From Malacoraja senta (lineage: Eukaryota), in NCBI GenBank assembly GCA_038087875.1, contig CM075988.1, positions 14,324,001-14,388,000 on the forward strand: a stretch of DNA of 64,000 bases. The letters are read 5' to 3'. Made by a program: the position numbers and the translations under genes. The notes beneath the pieces were generated by a model, which was given only the letters and a program-made list of their open reading frames with translations, had not been told where the DNA came from and did not search any database. Below are positions 1 through 11,837 of the stretch, in pieces. Numbering within the stretch: position 1 is the stretch's first letter; each line of letters opens with the position of its first letter.

Positions 1-118
1 CCTAGTCACCATGAATTTCATGCTTCTTAATCTTCTGGATCAGCCTACCATGAGGGAATTTATCAAAGTCCTTCTAGAATCCTTGTATGCAACATCCACC
101 ACCCTACCTTCATCAATT
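1..118 (-). mobile_element. Degraded CR1 LINE RT fragment
   Basis: cttctggatcagcctaccatgaggga...tatcaaag...acatccacc resembles the reverse strand of the CR1 'VDVxYxDFxKAFDKVPHGRL' region, as at 31310-31369. Confidence 0.55.
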
Positions 119-1188
119 TTTATTTTTATGTGTTTTATTTTTTATTTCTGATTTAGAATACATAGGTTTTTATGGTATAAAAATGGATGATAATGATTTA
201 GAAATTTGCAATTCTTTCTAGCCCCGTCACAGTTCTGCAACTCATATCAAATTCTCATAAAGGCCACTGAAAGCAGCAGCAATGGAAAATATTAATGCAT
301 TTTCACAGTTTTGAAACTGTGAAAATTTCTAGCCATGAAATGGGATCAGGATATTTCCAGTTAATTTTATTACAAGGAAATTCGGAGTCAAATCTAACAT
401 TTCCTAACAAAGTTGGTTTGTGTCCGTCACTTCCCAACTCTCACATCTACAGAAGGCAGCCTGCTCTATCTACAGCACTGTCATCTGGACAGGTCACAAC
501 CTCCAGATACAAACTCTAGAAGTTAGGTCAAAGACGTTTGTCCTGCTTTACGCTCTGTTAGTTGCTAACTGGGAGCCCAAACTGTTTTGTAACGTTACAT
601 TGCAAATGTATTGACACGATGAGAACTGTTATTCACAGTACCAGCTTGTTGGTAAAGTACAGCTCTCAGTTCAGTTTACCCTCAACAGGGTGCAGATGAA
701 TCATCTGTAAGGAAAAGTTGGTATTATTTTGTTGGAAAGTTAATTTCTGTTTAATTACTGCTGCTCATGCCATCTTTGACTACTAATTACTTCATAATAT
801 TCATTGAGTCGACACGTACAGCAGGAAGCCGTCTCTATCTTGTAGGGTGCGAGCTGCCACCATTTTCACACTCTCTGAGCTGCTGAATAAGAAAAGTACT
901 CACTTCAAGAACAGATATCTGTCATACTATATGATGTTACGCAGTTGACCAAAGTTTACTACCATCTTCCATGATGGGTTGTTATATTATTTGCACCCCC
1001 CCCAACCCCACCACACTCTAAGCCAACAAAATGGTTCCAGGTAAAATTCCCACTAAAATCCCTTGAATAAAAAATCCCTTCTAGTAGTTCAGTGCAATAT
1101 TTAGGAGGTGCTATACCAATGGAGATGCTATTTTTCAGGCATGTAGTCACAATGAGACTCCTTTAGCTCCTTCAAATTGAAGTAAAAA

Positions 1189-1457
1189 AGCAGCTGCCTC
1201 ACAGCGCCGGAGATCCAGGTTCAATCCTGACTATGGTTGTTGTCTGTGCGCAGTTTGCACGTTCTCCCTGTGACCCCCATGGTGTTCGGGTGCTCGGGTT
1301 TCCTCCCACATTTGTACGTTTTTTGGCTTCTCTAAATTGCCCCAAGTGTGTTGGATGCAAAAGTGGGATCACGTAGAAGTAGTGTACGGGTAATCAATGG
1401 TCAGCATGGACTCGGTGGGCCAAAGAGTCTGTTTCCATGATGTATCTCCAAACTAAA
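1189..1457 (+). mobile_element. HE1-like tRNA-derived V-SINE
   Basis: B-box-like ggttcaatcc, V-domain gtttgcacgttctccctgtga...ggtttcctcccaca, tail ctgtttccatgatgtatctccaaactaaa. Confidence 0.85.
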
Positions 1458-1547
1458 TGATCCCATGACACTATTCCAATTATTCCAATAAAGCAAAAAG
1501 ATGTTTTCCCATGTCTGACGAGTGTATTCTTCAACCAACATCACAAG

Positions 1548-1630
1548 AGTGATGACCCAAAAATCCAGCTGTTCATGTCCTCCAGGAGTTCTGCCTGATC
1601 AGCTGAGTTACTCCAGCACTTTGTCCTTTT
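1548..1630 (+). mobile_element. Degraded Penelope-like terminal-repeat fragment
   Basis: ctgcctgatcagctgagttactccagcactttgtc matches the family tail at 7220-7262 and 32500-32548. Confidence 0.6.
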
Positions 1631-3107
1631 CCTGATCACAATAATAGGAGAGGTGGTCATTTTCATATGTGCATCGTGTGCATAATGTCAGTTGAATTTT
1701 GGAAATCACAATAATAAATGCAATTGGTAAATTTTCAAAGTGTTGTACTTTATTTTAAAATCTTGAAGGAAAGAATTAGCACTAACTGCAACCTAATAGC
1801 TGTGCAACAATTAGCTGGTCATAGATAGAGAGACTCCATTAGCTCACATTAGATTGGATCACATTTAGAATGTTGTGGACTGTTTTGCCATCAAATTTAT
1901 TGAAAGCACTTTAAACTTGGCGTGATTGTGTGCTGCAGACAAAGCAGGTCGCTTTTTGAAAGAAAATCTGTAGATGTGAAAGTGGGGAAGAGACTGGCAC
2001 TGAACTTGCTGGTAATGAATTTATCATCTGCATTAAGAAACTCTCAATGTTAGTGAAAAGCATAAGAGTCAGAGTGACCCAGTCACCATGCAGTGTGGCT
2101 GCAGCCTTGAGTTCTTGGATGTGTATTTAGTTATTAAAACAGTCCCACCGCATGCTCCATGGCTCTTTTAATTACTCCGTAAACACTGTCCAAAACTGAA
2201 ATTCATAATTTCTGTAAATTAACAAATAGTAGATCAAATGGCACAATCCTCTTATCTAGCAGTCTCACTCCACCCACTGCAATGGACATGACCTGCATTT
2301 TAAATGCACCTAATTCCTGGCCCAAGGAGGCCTTCAATTTCACATCTTTACTTTTAATACTAGGCCTTTAACAAGCCTATTATATTTCCTGCCATTTCCT
2401 TTCCAGGGAGGAGAAATCGGAGGATATTATAATGGTGCAAAGTGCTGGTCTTGGTTCTAAGTTGTTTTCTTGTTACATTGTTTACCAGAAGGCCAGTTCT
2501 GAGAATTTCTGAGGATTGTCCATGTCTGGTGCTGTGAGGCTGAGTAGATTCATCTAAGGTAGACATACAAGGTCTAATACAAAACTACTTGAACTTAGTG
2601 ACATCTTAAGCAGTCCTTTGTTGATGGTGTTGCAGTTCTGCAGCATGCTTTTTGAACTGAACCACACAACTTTTCTCAAGATCTTGGACCTAGATAAACT
2701 GTTACTGGTGCAGAATATATATGCACAGATTGACATTCTGAAGTGCGATTTGTCACAGAGAGTGTAGAAAATGGCAGGCACAGGGTAACATGGAGTAGGT
2801 GTTAACAGGGGATGGGTGTGAACATTTCACAATGTGAGAATGCCAGGGATCTCAGAGGGAGTTTACAGTATGTCTAACAGGTGATTTTCACATTTGGGAG
2901 TAAACAGAAAACAGCAAGATGACTGAGTAATACGAAAGGAAAAAAATACCATTGGTTACAACCTTTACATCACAAATGCAATAAAGCAACTTGTCCATAA
3001 TAACAAAATCTGTAGGGCAGTTTTACACATTCATTATAAGCTACAGAGTTACAAAGGAAAGAGTTGCATCTTGTGCTCCTTTAACTTATTCCCACAAGGA
3101 AAGATCA

Positions 3108-3378
3108 GGGTGGCACAGTGGATCAGCAGTAGAGTTGCTGCCTTACAGAGCCAGAGAGAGACCAGTAGTTCGATCCCAACTACTGGTGCTGTCTGTATGG
3201 TCTTTGTACGTTCTCCCTGTGACCACGTCAGTTTTCTCCAGATGCTCCGGTTTCCTCCCACATTCCCGAGACGTGCAGGTTTGTAGATTAATTGGCTTCT
3301 GGAAATTGCCCCAAGTGTGTAGGATGTGAAACCGGTCTAACATAGAACTAGTGTGCGGGTGGATGTTGGTCGGCGGGT
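3108..3378 (+). mobile_element. HE1-like V-SINE, 3' end replaced by a Penelope hairpin remnant
   Basis: ggtggcacagtgg...gtagagttgctgccttacag head and V-domain. Confidence 0.85.
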
Positions 3379-3546
3379 TAGGTTGGGACCCTTCTTCTGA
3401 TTGAAAGTGGCATCACAGGTAGAAAGGATGGTGAAGGCTGAAGAAGGGTCAGAAGAAGGGTCCCGACCCGAAACATCACATGTCCTTTTTCTCCGGAAAT
3501 GCTGCCTGATCCGCTGAGTTATTCCAGCACTTAGTGTCTATCTATA
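3379..3546 (+). mobile_element. Penelope-like terminal repeat, inverted-arm remnant with mutated hammerhead-like core
   Basis: gggacccttcttctga (inverted arm), then agaagaagggtcccgacccgaaacatc and tail gctgagttattccagcac. Confidence 0.7.
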
Positions 3547-3899
3547 GTTTAAAGGAGTTTGACATACATGTACACTTACATAGGAAAAATAAAAATAAAT
3601 AAAAACAAACAAAAATAGATTATATTTGACAGAAAGCCAAGCAAAATTATCTGAGGCACTTTAAAAGCTTTCACTGCTTGAGCATTTTTGCCCCGGGCTA
3701 ATTCTAAATGGAAAACAGCGCTCTGCTCAGCCACAAGCACAATCCAATTAGGCTCAGCTTCATCTAAAAGGCTTAACTGTTCTCATGGATCTTTTTCAGC
3801 AAGATTTGTTTGATTATTTATAGAATCAAATTTATTACTCATACCTAACTTTTTTTGAGAAGATGGTGTGGGTGATCGTTTAAACGACTGCAGTCAACA

Positions 3900-4640
3900 T
3901 AGGACATACGTCTATACAAAAGTCTTTTAAATGCCGCTATCGTACCTGCTTCAACCACCACCACTGGCAGTCTGTTGCAGGAACTCACCACTCTCTGTGT
4001 AAGAAAACATGCCCTGCGCTTCTCCTTTAAACGTTGCCCTTCTCCCCGTAATGCTATGCCCTCTAGTATTTGACATTTTACATCTTGGGAAATTGATTCT
4101 GATTTTCTACCTATCTACGCTGGTGGGACAGTGGTGCAGGGGTAGTTACTTCCTTACAGTGCCAGAGACCAGGGTTCGATCCTGACTACGGGTGCTGTCT
4201 GAACGGAATTTGTACATTCTCCACATGATCGCGTGGGTTTCCCCTGGTTGCTCCGGTTTCCTCCCACACTCCAAAGACATACAGGTTTGAGGGTTAATTG
4301 GCATCAGTAAAGATTGTAAATTGTCCCTAGTGTGCAGGATAGTGCTGGAGTACACGGATCGCTGGTCTCTTTGTGGGCTCTTGTGGACCATTGTGGGCTC
4401 TTTGGTCATTGGTGCTGGCTCTGATCTGTTCTGTACCTTTCCATACATCAAGCTTCCCTCTCTCCTGACTCTCAGTCTGAAGAAAGGTCTCGACCGAAAT
4501 GTCACCTGTTCCTTATCTCCTGAGATTCGGTGGGGCAAAGAGTCTGTTTCCGCACTGTATCTCTAATCTAAACTAAACCTCATAATTTTATATACTTCTA
4601 TCAGGTCGTCCTGCATCCTCCGGCGTTCCAGAGAAAGTCC
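3900..4640 (-). mobile_element. Degraded CR1 3' region interrupted by a V-SINE
   Basis: ctcaccactctctgtgtaagaaaa...ctacctatctacg | ctcataattttatatacttctatcaggtc reads as continuous reverse-strand CR1 across the SINE. Confidence 0.75.
4121..4577 (+). mobile_element. HE1-like V-SINE carrying a Penelope-derived insert of about 160 bp
   Basis: Head ggttcgatcctgactacgggtgctg, V-domain and tail tgtatctctaatctaaactaaac; foreign block at 4365-4526. Confidence 0.85.
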
Positions 4641-4659
4641 TCTGGTGAAGTTATTTTAA

Positions 4660-4875
4660 CAGCGCTACCATGCTGAGAACAATATTCTGCACACTTTATC
4701 TTCCCCTTTGCTCTATCTATTGTGCTTGAAATTGAACTAGATACAATTGAACTAGATACAATCAGTACTTGAAATTGAACTGATTGTATCTATGTATGGA
4801 ATATCTGATCTGTTTGGGCAGCGTGCAAAACAAATCTTTTCACTGTACACTGGAACAGGTGACAATAATAAACAT
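4660..4875 (+). mobile_element. Rex1/Babar-type 3' tail fragment
   Basis: caaaacaaatcttttcactgtacactggaacaggtgacaataataaac; a similar tail lies at about 26050-26140. Confidence 0.5.
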
Positions 4876-5328
4876 GTTGCGGAGGGAATTCCAGGATTTA
4901 GACCTAGTAACACTGTAGAAAAGATGCTGCAAATTCTAAACTGCTGTGTGATTTAGGAGGAGCCTGCAGGTGGTGTCACCGTTCATCAGTTGTCCTGGTG
5001 TTTTTATGATGGCAGAGGCTAGAATTTGGGAAACATTATTAGAGAAGTCTCGGTGATCAACTGGAACAAATTTGGCAGAAGATACATAATGCTGCACCCA
5101 TGGTGGAGAAAGTAAATGTCTAGAGATTGGAACCTTGGCAAAATGAAGAGTGTTTGACCTGAAGCATTAACTTTGTTTCTCTTTCCGCATATGCTGTCTG
5201 ACATTGAGTTTCCAGCTTGTTCGTTTCTTAATACAGATCCAGTTAATACTTCATCACAAAACGTTATCGGACTGCATAAAATTGGATCCAGTCCATACTT
5301 TGTGTTCCCCTCCCGTAGGATGCCCATT

Positions 5329-5651
5329 GTTTAGTTTAGTTTAGTTTAGAGATACAGCGCGGAAACAGGCCCTTCGGCCCACCAGGTCCGCACCGACCAG
5401 CGATCCCCGCACATTAACATTATCCTACACCCACTAGGGACAATTTTTTTTCTCACATTTATCAAGCCAATTAACCCACAAACCGGTACGTCTTTGGAGT
5501 GTAGGAGGAAACCGAAGATCTCGGAGAAAACCCACGCAGGTCATGGGGAGAACGTACAAACTGCGTGCAGACAGTCCCCTTAGTTGGGATCGAACCCGGG
5601 TCTCCGGCGCTGCATTCGCTGTAAGGCAGCAACTCTACCGCTGCACCCCCA
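5329..5651 (-). mobile_element. HE1-like V-SINE
   Basis: (gttta)n tail, reverse V-domain, gggatcgaacccggg B box, ggcagcaactctaccgctg head. Confidence 0.9.
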
Positions 5652-5941
5652 TAGCTCATAGTCTTTGTAGACCTGTGCACCCAATGTCCATCTTGTCTCA
5701 TCGCCGTGTTCATTGAATGGTAGCTAGGTAAGAGGCAATGAAAATTAAGGTATCGCCCTGGACTATCGCGATGGCCTTCTGATTGACCAGACTGTCAAAA
5801 ACATATTCCACTATTTCTAAATGTCTCTTAAGCTCATTGTGAATCTATCAGGGCTGCATTCTTGAAAAATATCAGCAGAAAGAATGCCTAAGGCTCAAAC
5901 AATGTGAAAAGTTTACGTATGAACCAAAACATGCTTTCTAG

Positions 5942-6981
5942 TAGCAATGTTACAAAATTTTGAGATTTTAAAAATAAAGTCTGCAATTTATCCCATCAGA
6001 TAAAGCATAAAAGAAGTTTAATTTGACACCTAATTCACTTTCATATCTTCAGTATTAAAGAAGTTATGGCCATTTTCATACTCGGGAATTAGCATCTTGT
6101 TCCCTATTGCTTTTCCATTGACTTAACACAAAAGTTGTGATCGAGGACAGTCAAAAGCCCATAACTTTCTTAAAAATTAAGATAACTGAAATACATTTTC
6201 AGTTATTATAGATTGAAGCATTCTGAAACAAATATGAAACAATCTTACTTAGAAGACATGAAAGTAAAGCAAATAATTAGTTAGTTACCTAATTGTAGCT
6301 AATTACAAAATTCAATTACTAGATCTAAACATCTATCAATTTCTTAAGAATAGATGAACATTTTTAAATAGCCTAAGTGTCCAAATAACATTCACACAAT
6401 AATTCACAATATAACATAATTTTTAAATCTCATTTTCATGAATTTACAGGCCAAATGGAAGGAATTGAATGTTTAATATCTGTAAATTAATGGGGATTTA
6501 ATTCATCTTGCGAGTGAGGATTTCTGGAACGCGATCTTTTGGAACGTTAATTTGCGGTGAATTTAACCCCGTATTGGCATGAAAAATACTGCCGTTAATT
6601 CGGTGAATAAAATCACCGTGTCGCATGAAAAAATGTGAATTAAAGGCTTCTTAAGAAGCACTTTTATACATTTAAAGAAACCACTTTCGTTTACCTGTCC
6701 CGTGTGTGAAATCCGTCCCCGTTATCGGCGTTGACGCTTCAGGAGCTGCTTTTAAAATTACTGTAGCGCTGACATTGACGATTTAATAAAAATAAAAAAT
6801 ACACAAATCGCCACTAGGAACGATTCTTCAGCCAGCGCTTGTACTCCAACAAAATATTAACCAGGACAAGGGAGGAGAAACCCGCGTTTTAACCCCGCCC
6901 CCCCTTAAAGGCGCCAAAATCGCGCACACGGCCAGTGGCAGAATTACAGCGCGACTGAAGGTAAGTTTTGTAACATACCTA
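5942..6981. mobile_element. Non-autonomous DNA transposon (about 1040 bp) with TAG..CTA ends and 7-bp TSD
   Basis: Left end TAGCAATGTTACAAAATTT vs right-end reverse complement TAGGTATGTTACAAAACTT (16/19). Flanking direct repeat tttctag at 5935-5941 and 6982-6988. Confidence 0.75.
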
Positions 6982-6999
6982 TTTCTAGCGAAACCTTCT

Positions 7000-7265
7000 C
7001 AAGGTAAACCTACTTTGAAGAAGTTGTCCTCCTCTCTCCGACGGGAGTTCTACAACACCCTCTCTCGCTGCTCCGCTTCCACAGCCAACAATGGACCATT
7101 GTGGGCTCTTTGGTCATTGGTGCTGGCTCTGATCTGTTCTGTACCTTTCCATACATCAAGCTTCCCTCTCTCCTGAAGAAAGGTCTCGACCGAAACATCA
7201 CCTGTTCCTTATCTCCTGAGATGTTGCCTGACCCGCTGAGTTACTCCAGCATTTTGTGTCTATCA
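7000..7265 (+). mobile_element. Penelope-like terminal repeat with hammerhead-like core
   Basis: ctgaagaaaggtctcgaccgaaacatc from 7173, followed by tail gctgagttactccagcattttgtgtc. Confidence 0.75.
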
Positions 7266-7868
7266 TCATAGCAACAATGAGATTTAGCCCAGTTTACTCA
7301 GACAATGGCAAGTGAAATCACTGAGAAATACGATACAATTCTTTTTTAACAGACTACTGTAAAGTGGTATCAACCATGAGTGCATGAAATATTGAGCAGA
7401 CTGCTGCACACCACATAATACTCACAAGATGAAAAGTCACAGTTTCATTTTAAAATAAATATTACAAGGTAGCAGCCCAGTTCAGTTAAACAATTTTCCA
7501 AATTCAAGTGGGCAACAAAATTTACGGTAGAATTAAGGAAGTCCAGCTGCAGGTTTACACAAAAGGACACAAAATGCTGGAATAACTCCAGCATCTCAAG
7601 AGAATAAGGATAGGGGTAAAAATTTAGGGATGAGGTGCTGCATTTTGAAATAAAATCAATATAGTCACGATCGATATTCAAATATGGCAATTTGGCATTT
7701 TGTTCATGGTCACATGTGACTGCACTGGTCAACAGAATTATCTGAAAAGCCTGTTCTCTCTTCATTCTCCCATTCAATAATGTCCGCACTGCATGGTACC
7801 TGTCATTTCAGGCCACTCCTCCCTTTGCACCTTCCACATTCTAAGCTCAGGGAATATTCAATGCTAAG

Positions 7869-8190
7869 AGTTTAGTTCAGAGTTACAGCCTAGGCCCACC
7901 GGGTCCGCATCGATCAGCAATCCCAGCACATTAACACCCTACAAACACTAGGGCCAATTTTTGAAAACATTTATACCAAGCCAATTAACCTACAAACTTG
8001 TACGTCTTTGGAGTGTGAGAGGAAACCGAATCACTCGGAGAAAACCCACGCAGGTCATGGGGAAAATGTACAAACTCTGTACAGACAAGCTCCCGTAGTC
8101 AGGATCGAACCGGGTTTATGGCGCCGTAAGGCAGCAGTTCTACCGCTATGCCCCTGTGCCACCCACGGTGACATGGTACCATGCCGCCCA
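7869..8190 (-). mobile_element. HE1-like V-SINE
   Basis: Reverse V-domain ggagtgtgagaggaaaccg...aaaacccacgcaggtca and aggatcgaaccggg. Confidence 0.85.
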
Positions 8191-8639
8191 CAGTAAGAGA
8201 TGCACCAAAATATTTCCGCAGCATAAAGAGGTAAGTTTGTCAGTGTTATTTGTTTACACTTTCAAGATCCCCCATTAAATTCTATTTGTGCCACACCCAT
8301 TTAATTCTGCCTCAATGCATCTGCTGTGGCTTGACATCTTAGTGCATTAGAGCTCCAATACAAAGTGCCAATTATTGACGGGAGTGGAACTCTGCATTAA
8401 TATGCTGTCGGAGTTAGATTAAATGGTCTTGTTTGTGACATCTAATTGTGCAACCCATGGCAGTATGCAGCCCATTTGTTGTTGTACATAGAATCAATAT
8501 TCCTTTGAGACCAGAAGATTTCATTAGGACTATTTATTTGCAAATTTATATATGGCAAAAAATATATTTGGCAATCATCTGTATGAAATTATTTAATTTG
8601 TAAACATAGATTTGGATCTTGTCCAAATTTAGGAAGCAC

Positions 8640-8990
8640 ATCAAGAAATAATTTTATGTATGTGATGCCTCGGGTAATCTCAGAATGCCTCTGATTGATT
8701 ATGGCCACAAAGTAGTTCTCACAGTTACTGGTGGAATATAGGAAATATAGCGGACAGCGTGTACATAGGAAATTCTGACAAAAAGGATCAAAATGAATGG
8801 TCAGATGTTGTTAGTTGTGTCATAGAGTTAGCCAGAAAACTAGAAAAACACAATTTCCCCAATGCAAAATCACAAGGGAACCCTGACATGTATCTGCCAT
8901 TACAGACATCCAATGTTTTGTTCAAAAGGTTGGCCCTCTGACAGGACAGCTCTTCCTTAGTTCCTGGATGCTGTGTAGGGTTGTGGTTTA
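8640..8990 (-). mobile_element. Highly degraded Deu-domain SINE
   Basis: aatataggaaatatagcggacagcgtgtacatagg...aatggtcagat...agccagaaaac...ctctgacaggacagctcttccttagt is colinear with the reverse Deu consensus as recalled. Confidence 0.4.
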
Positions 8991-10239
8991 GCTGCAATGC
9001 TACACTGATGCAAACATGAAGCCATCAATCCTTATTCATTTTTCCCTTGTTAAATGAATTATGCAATGGTGCAAAGCAACAGCAGAGGATGACCATCACA
9101 GTAAAACAAAAGATGTGTTTAGTGTCGTTCTCTCAAAAGGATAAAGATAGTGTTAAATATATTGCATTAGCAATTTTAGATATATTCCAAAAGGATAGTG
9201 GACGTGGAGGTTCATGCATTATTGAAGAGATACTAGCACATACAGCTGGACTAGGCTTTATGCAGTTTAATGCCATCTGACAGGTCAGGGTGCTGTTTAA
9301 AGTTCAAATGTACATGAACATCAGTAGAGTTATGCCATTACTCAGTACCTGATGATATTAATTAATTGGTTGGCAGAAACATTTAATGCAACGGAATGAC
9401 CTATTCAATCCAGGAGCCATTGCTCAGACATAACCAGAGTTGGACTGTAACATTGTTAACTATAACTCAGGCACTGAGCCACAGTCTCTTCAGAGCTCTT
9501 GGTTTCTGGAATATTAACCTCCGATGTTTCCACTGGAACATCACTCCAATTCTCATTTCTATTCATCAAGAACCCATGAGATAACAGCTGTAAGTTATTG
9601 TAAAAACTTGTACCATCTATCAGTCACGATACCCATGAGGAAAATGTTATATTTCACTGAATTTGAAATGCAGTTTTATGATCAACATTATTTGCAGTTG
9701 GAGGTTTTTTTTAATAAGTGGGTTAAGTTCATGGTGCTGATGCTGAGAAGCAACAAATATAATGATGGAATAATGCCACATGTATTACTGTTTTTTTGTA
9801 GGCTGCATCTCTAAGTTCACAATGGTACACATGGGGTACAGCGAGACCACTGACTATTTGATATATATCGCAAGCTACTGCCTGTGATGTTTCTGGGTTA
9901 CGGCCCACATTCTGTTGCATTCATCTCACTGACATACACCAGCATCTACACAGCTGCACACAGCTTGGAAAGGTGTAACTGCATTAAATAAAATTCACAC
10001 ATTAGAAGCCAATGTTGGTGGGCAAAAAATTAGGCCAGATGACCATATGCCATTAACCAAGCTCTGTATGATTAGAAACCTTGGTACTTGGCCAGAATCT
10101 GTAAATCTGCAAATTTCTGCCATATAATTCTAACCTCAAAAGTCGCATTAAAATAAAATATAAATGTTGAAGCCCCTGCACCAATCCAAAAGGGGCGCAT
10201 CAATTATTACATTTTTCCAACTAGAAAAAAGACAATTTT

Positions 10240-10700
10240 TTTTTCCTGTTTGTCAGCCAATCTTCTATCCATGCCAATAGTTTAACGACTACACCATGTG
10301 TTTTTATTCTGCACATTTGAAGTGGCACCTTATCAAATCCCCTCGGGGAAAAAAGTGTAGTGCATTCACTGGTTACTCCTTTACTGACGGCACCTGTAAC
10401 TTCTTCAAAGAACAATAAATTGCCTAAACATGATTTCCCTTTTACTAAACCCCGTTGACTTTGCCTGGTTACCCTGAGTGCTGTGCTGTAACATAATTAA
10501 TGTTAGCTTCTAGCATCTTTATTTTGACAGATGTTATAACTGACTGACAGTTTTCTGCTTTTTGTCTCCCTCCTCTTTTTAATAAAGGAGTTTATTTATT
10601 TTTCCAATCTAATGGAAGTTTCCTCAAAGCTAGGACATTTTGGAAAATTAAAAGAAATCAAACCAGCCGCTTCTTTTAAGACCTGATCTTGGAATCCATA
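10240..10700 (-). mobile_element. Old CR1 RT fragment
   Basis: ORF 10221-10415: FFEEVT...FDKVP...KTHG...LAWIEDWLTNRK. Continues after 11272. Confidence 0.75.
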
Positions 10701-10709
10701 AGGACAATA

Positions 10710-11271
10710 AGTATTGCGTACAGTTTTGGTCTCCAAATCTGAGGAAGGACATTATTGCCATAGAGGGAGTGCAGAGAAGGTTCACCAGACTGATTCCTGG
10801 GATGTCAGGACTGTCTTATGAAGAAAGACTGGATAGACTTGGTTTATACTCTCTAGAATTTAGGAGATTGAGAGGGGATCTTATAGAAACTTACAAAATT
10901 CTTAAGGGGTTGGACAGGCTAGATGCAGGAAGATTGCTCCCGATGTTGGGGAAGTCCAGGACAAGGGGTCACAGCTTAAGGATAAGGGGGAAATCCTTTA
11001 AAACCGAGATGAGAAGAACTTTTTTCACACAGAGAGTAGTGAATCTCTGGAACTCTCTGCCACAGAGGGTAGTCGAGGCCAGTTCATTGGCTATATTTAA
11101 GAGGGAGTTAGATGTGGCCCTTGTGGCTAAAGGGATCAGAGGGTATGGAGAGAAGGCAGGTACGGGATACTGAGTTGGATGATCAGCCATGATCATATTG
11201 AATGGCGGTGCAGGCTCGAAGGGCCGAATGGCCTACTCCTGCACCTAATTTCTATGTTTCTATGTTTCTAT
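10710..11271 (+). mobile_element. Young 5'-truncated CR1 (ORF2 C-terminus plus 3' UTR)
   Basis: QRRFTRLIPGMSGLSYEERLDRLGLYSLEFRRLRGDLIETYKI; (tctatgtt)n tail; gacaa repeated at 10703-10707 and 11272-11276. Confidence 0.95.
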
Positions 11272-11419
11272 GACAAGAGATTTTTCAGCCTGCAACTCCA
11301 ACAATTCACCCATTACCATTGCCCTGGTAGTTGTAATTTTCCTTGTCCTTTCCAATTTGGAGGTGCAATGGAACTTGGGAGTGCTGGTGCAGGATTCCCA
11401 AAAGATTAATTTGCAGGCT

Positions 11420-11836
11420 GAGTCTGGAGTTTAGAAGGATGAGAGGGCATCTCATTGAAACATATAAGATTGTTAAGGGTTTGGACACGCTAGAGGCAGG
11501 AAACATGTTCCCGATGTTGGGGGAGTCCAGAACCAGGGGCCACAGTTTAAGAATAAGGAGTAAGCCATTTAGAACGGAGACGAGGAAACACTTTTTCTCA
11601 CAGAGAGTGGTGAGTCTATGGAATTCTCTGCCTCAGAGGGCGGTGGAGGCAGGTTCTCTGGATGCTTTCAAGAGAGAGCTGGATAGGGCTCTTAAAAATA
11701 GCGGAGTCAGGGGATATGGAGAGAAGGCAGGAACGGGGTACTGATTGGGGATGATCAGCCATGATCACATTGAATGGCGGTGCTGGCTCGAAGGGTCGAA
11801 TGGCCTACTCCTGCACCTATTGTCTGTTGTCTATTG
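11420..11836 (+). mobile_element. 5'-truncated CR1, second subfamily
   Basis: LEFRRMRGHLIETYKIVKGLDTLEAG...; (ctattgt)n tail; same subfamily as 59618-60490. Confidence 0.92.
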
Positions 11837-11837
11837 A

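Larger units (their letters stand above)
1020..1720 (+). mobile_element. Ancient Deu-domain SINE (SacSINE1/AmnSINE1-like), split by two later insertions
   Basis: Colinear blocks cagtgcaatatttaggaggtgct, tgaagtaaaa|tgatcccatgacactatt and ttcttcaaccaacatcac match the Deu core as I recall it. Interrupted by a V-SINE (about 1189-1457) and a Penelope tail (about 1548-1630). Confidence 0.55.

Noticed and set aside
2400..2770. Possible exon after ttcctttccag
   Set aside because: The frames I translated contain stops and no protein similarity was recognised.
6955..6968. Strong splice-donor-like aag|gtaagt
   Set aside because: Lies at the terminal repeat of the 5942-6981 transposon, with no upstream exon supported.
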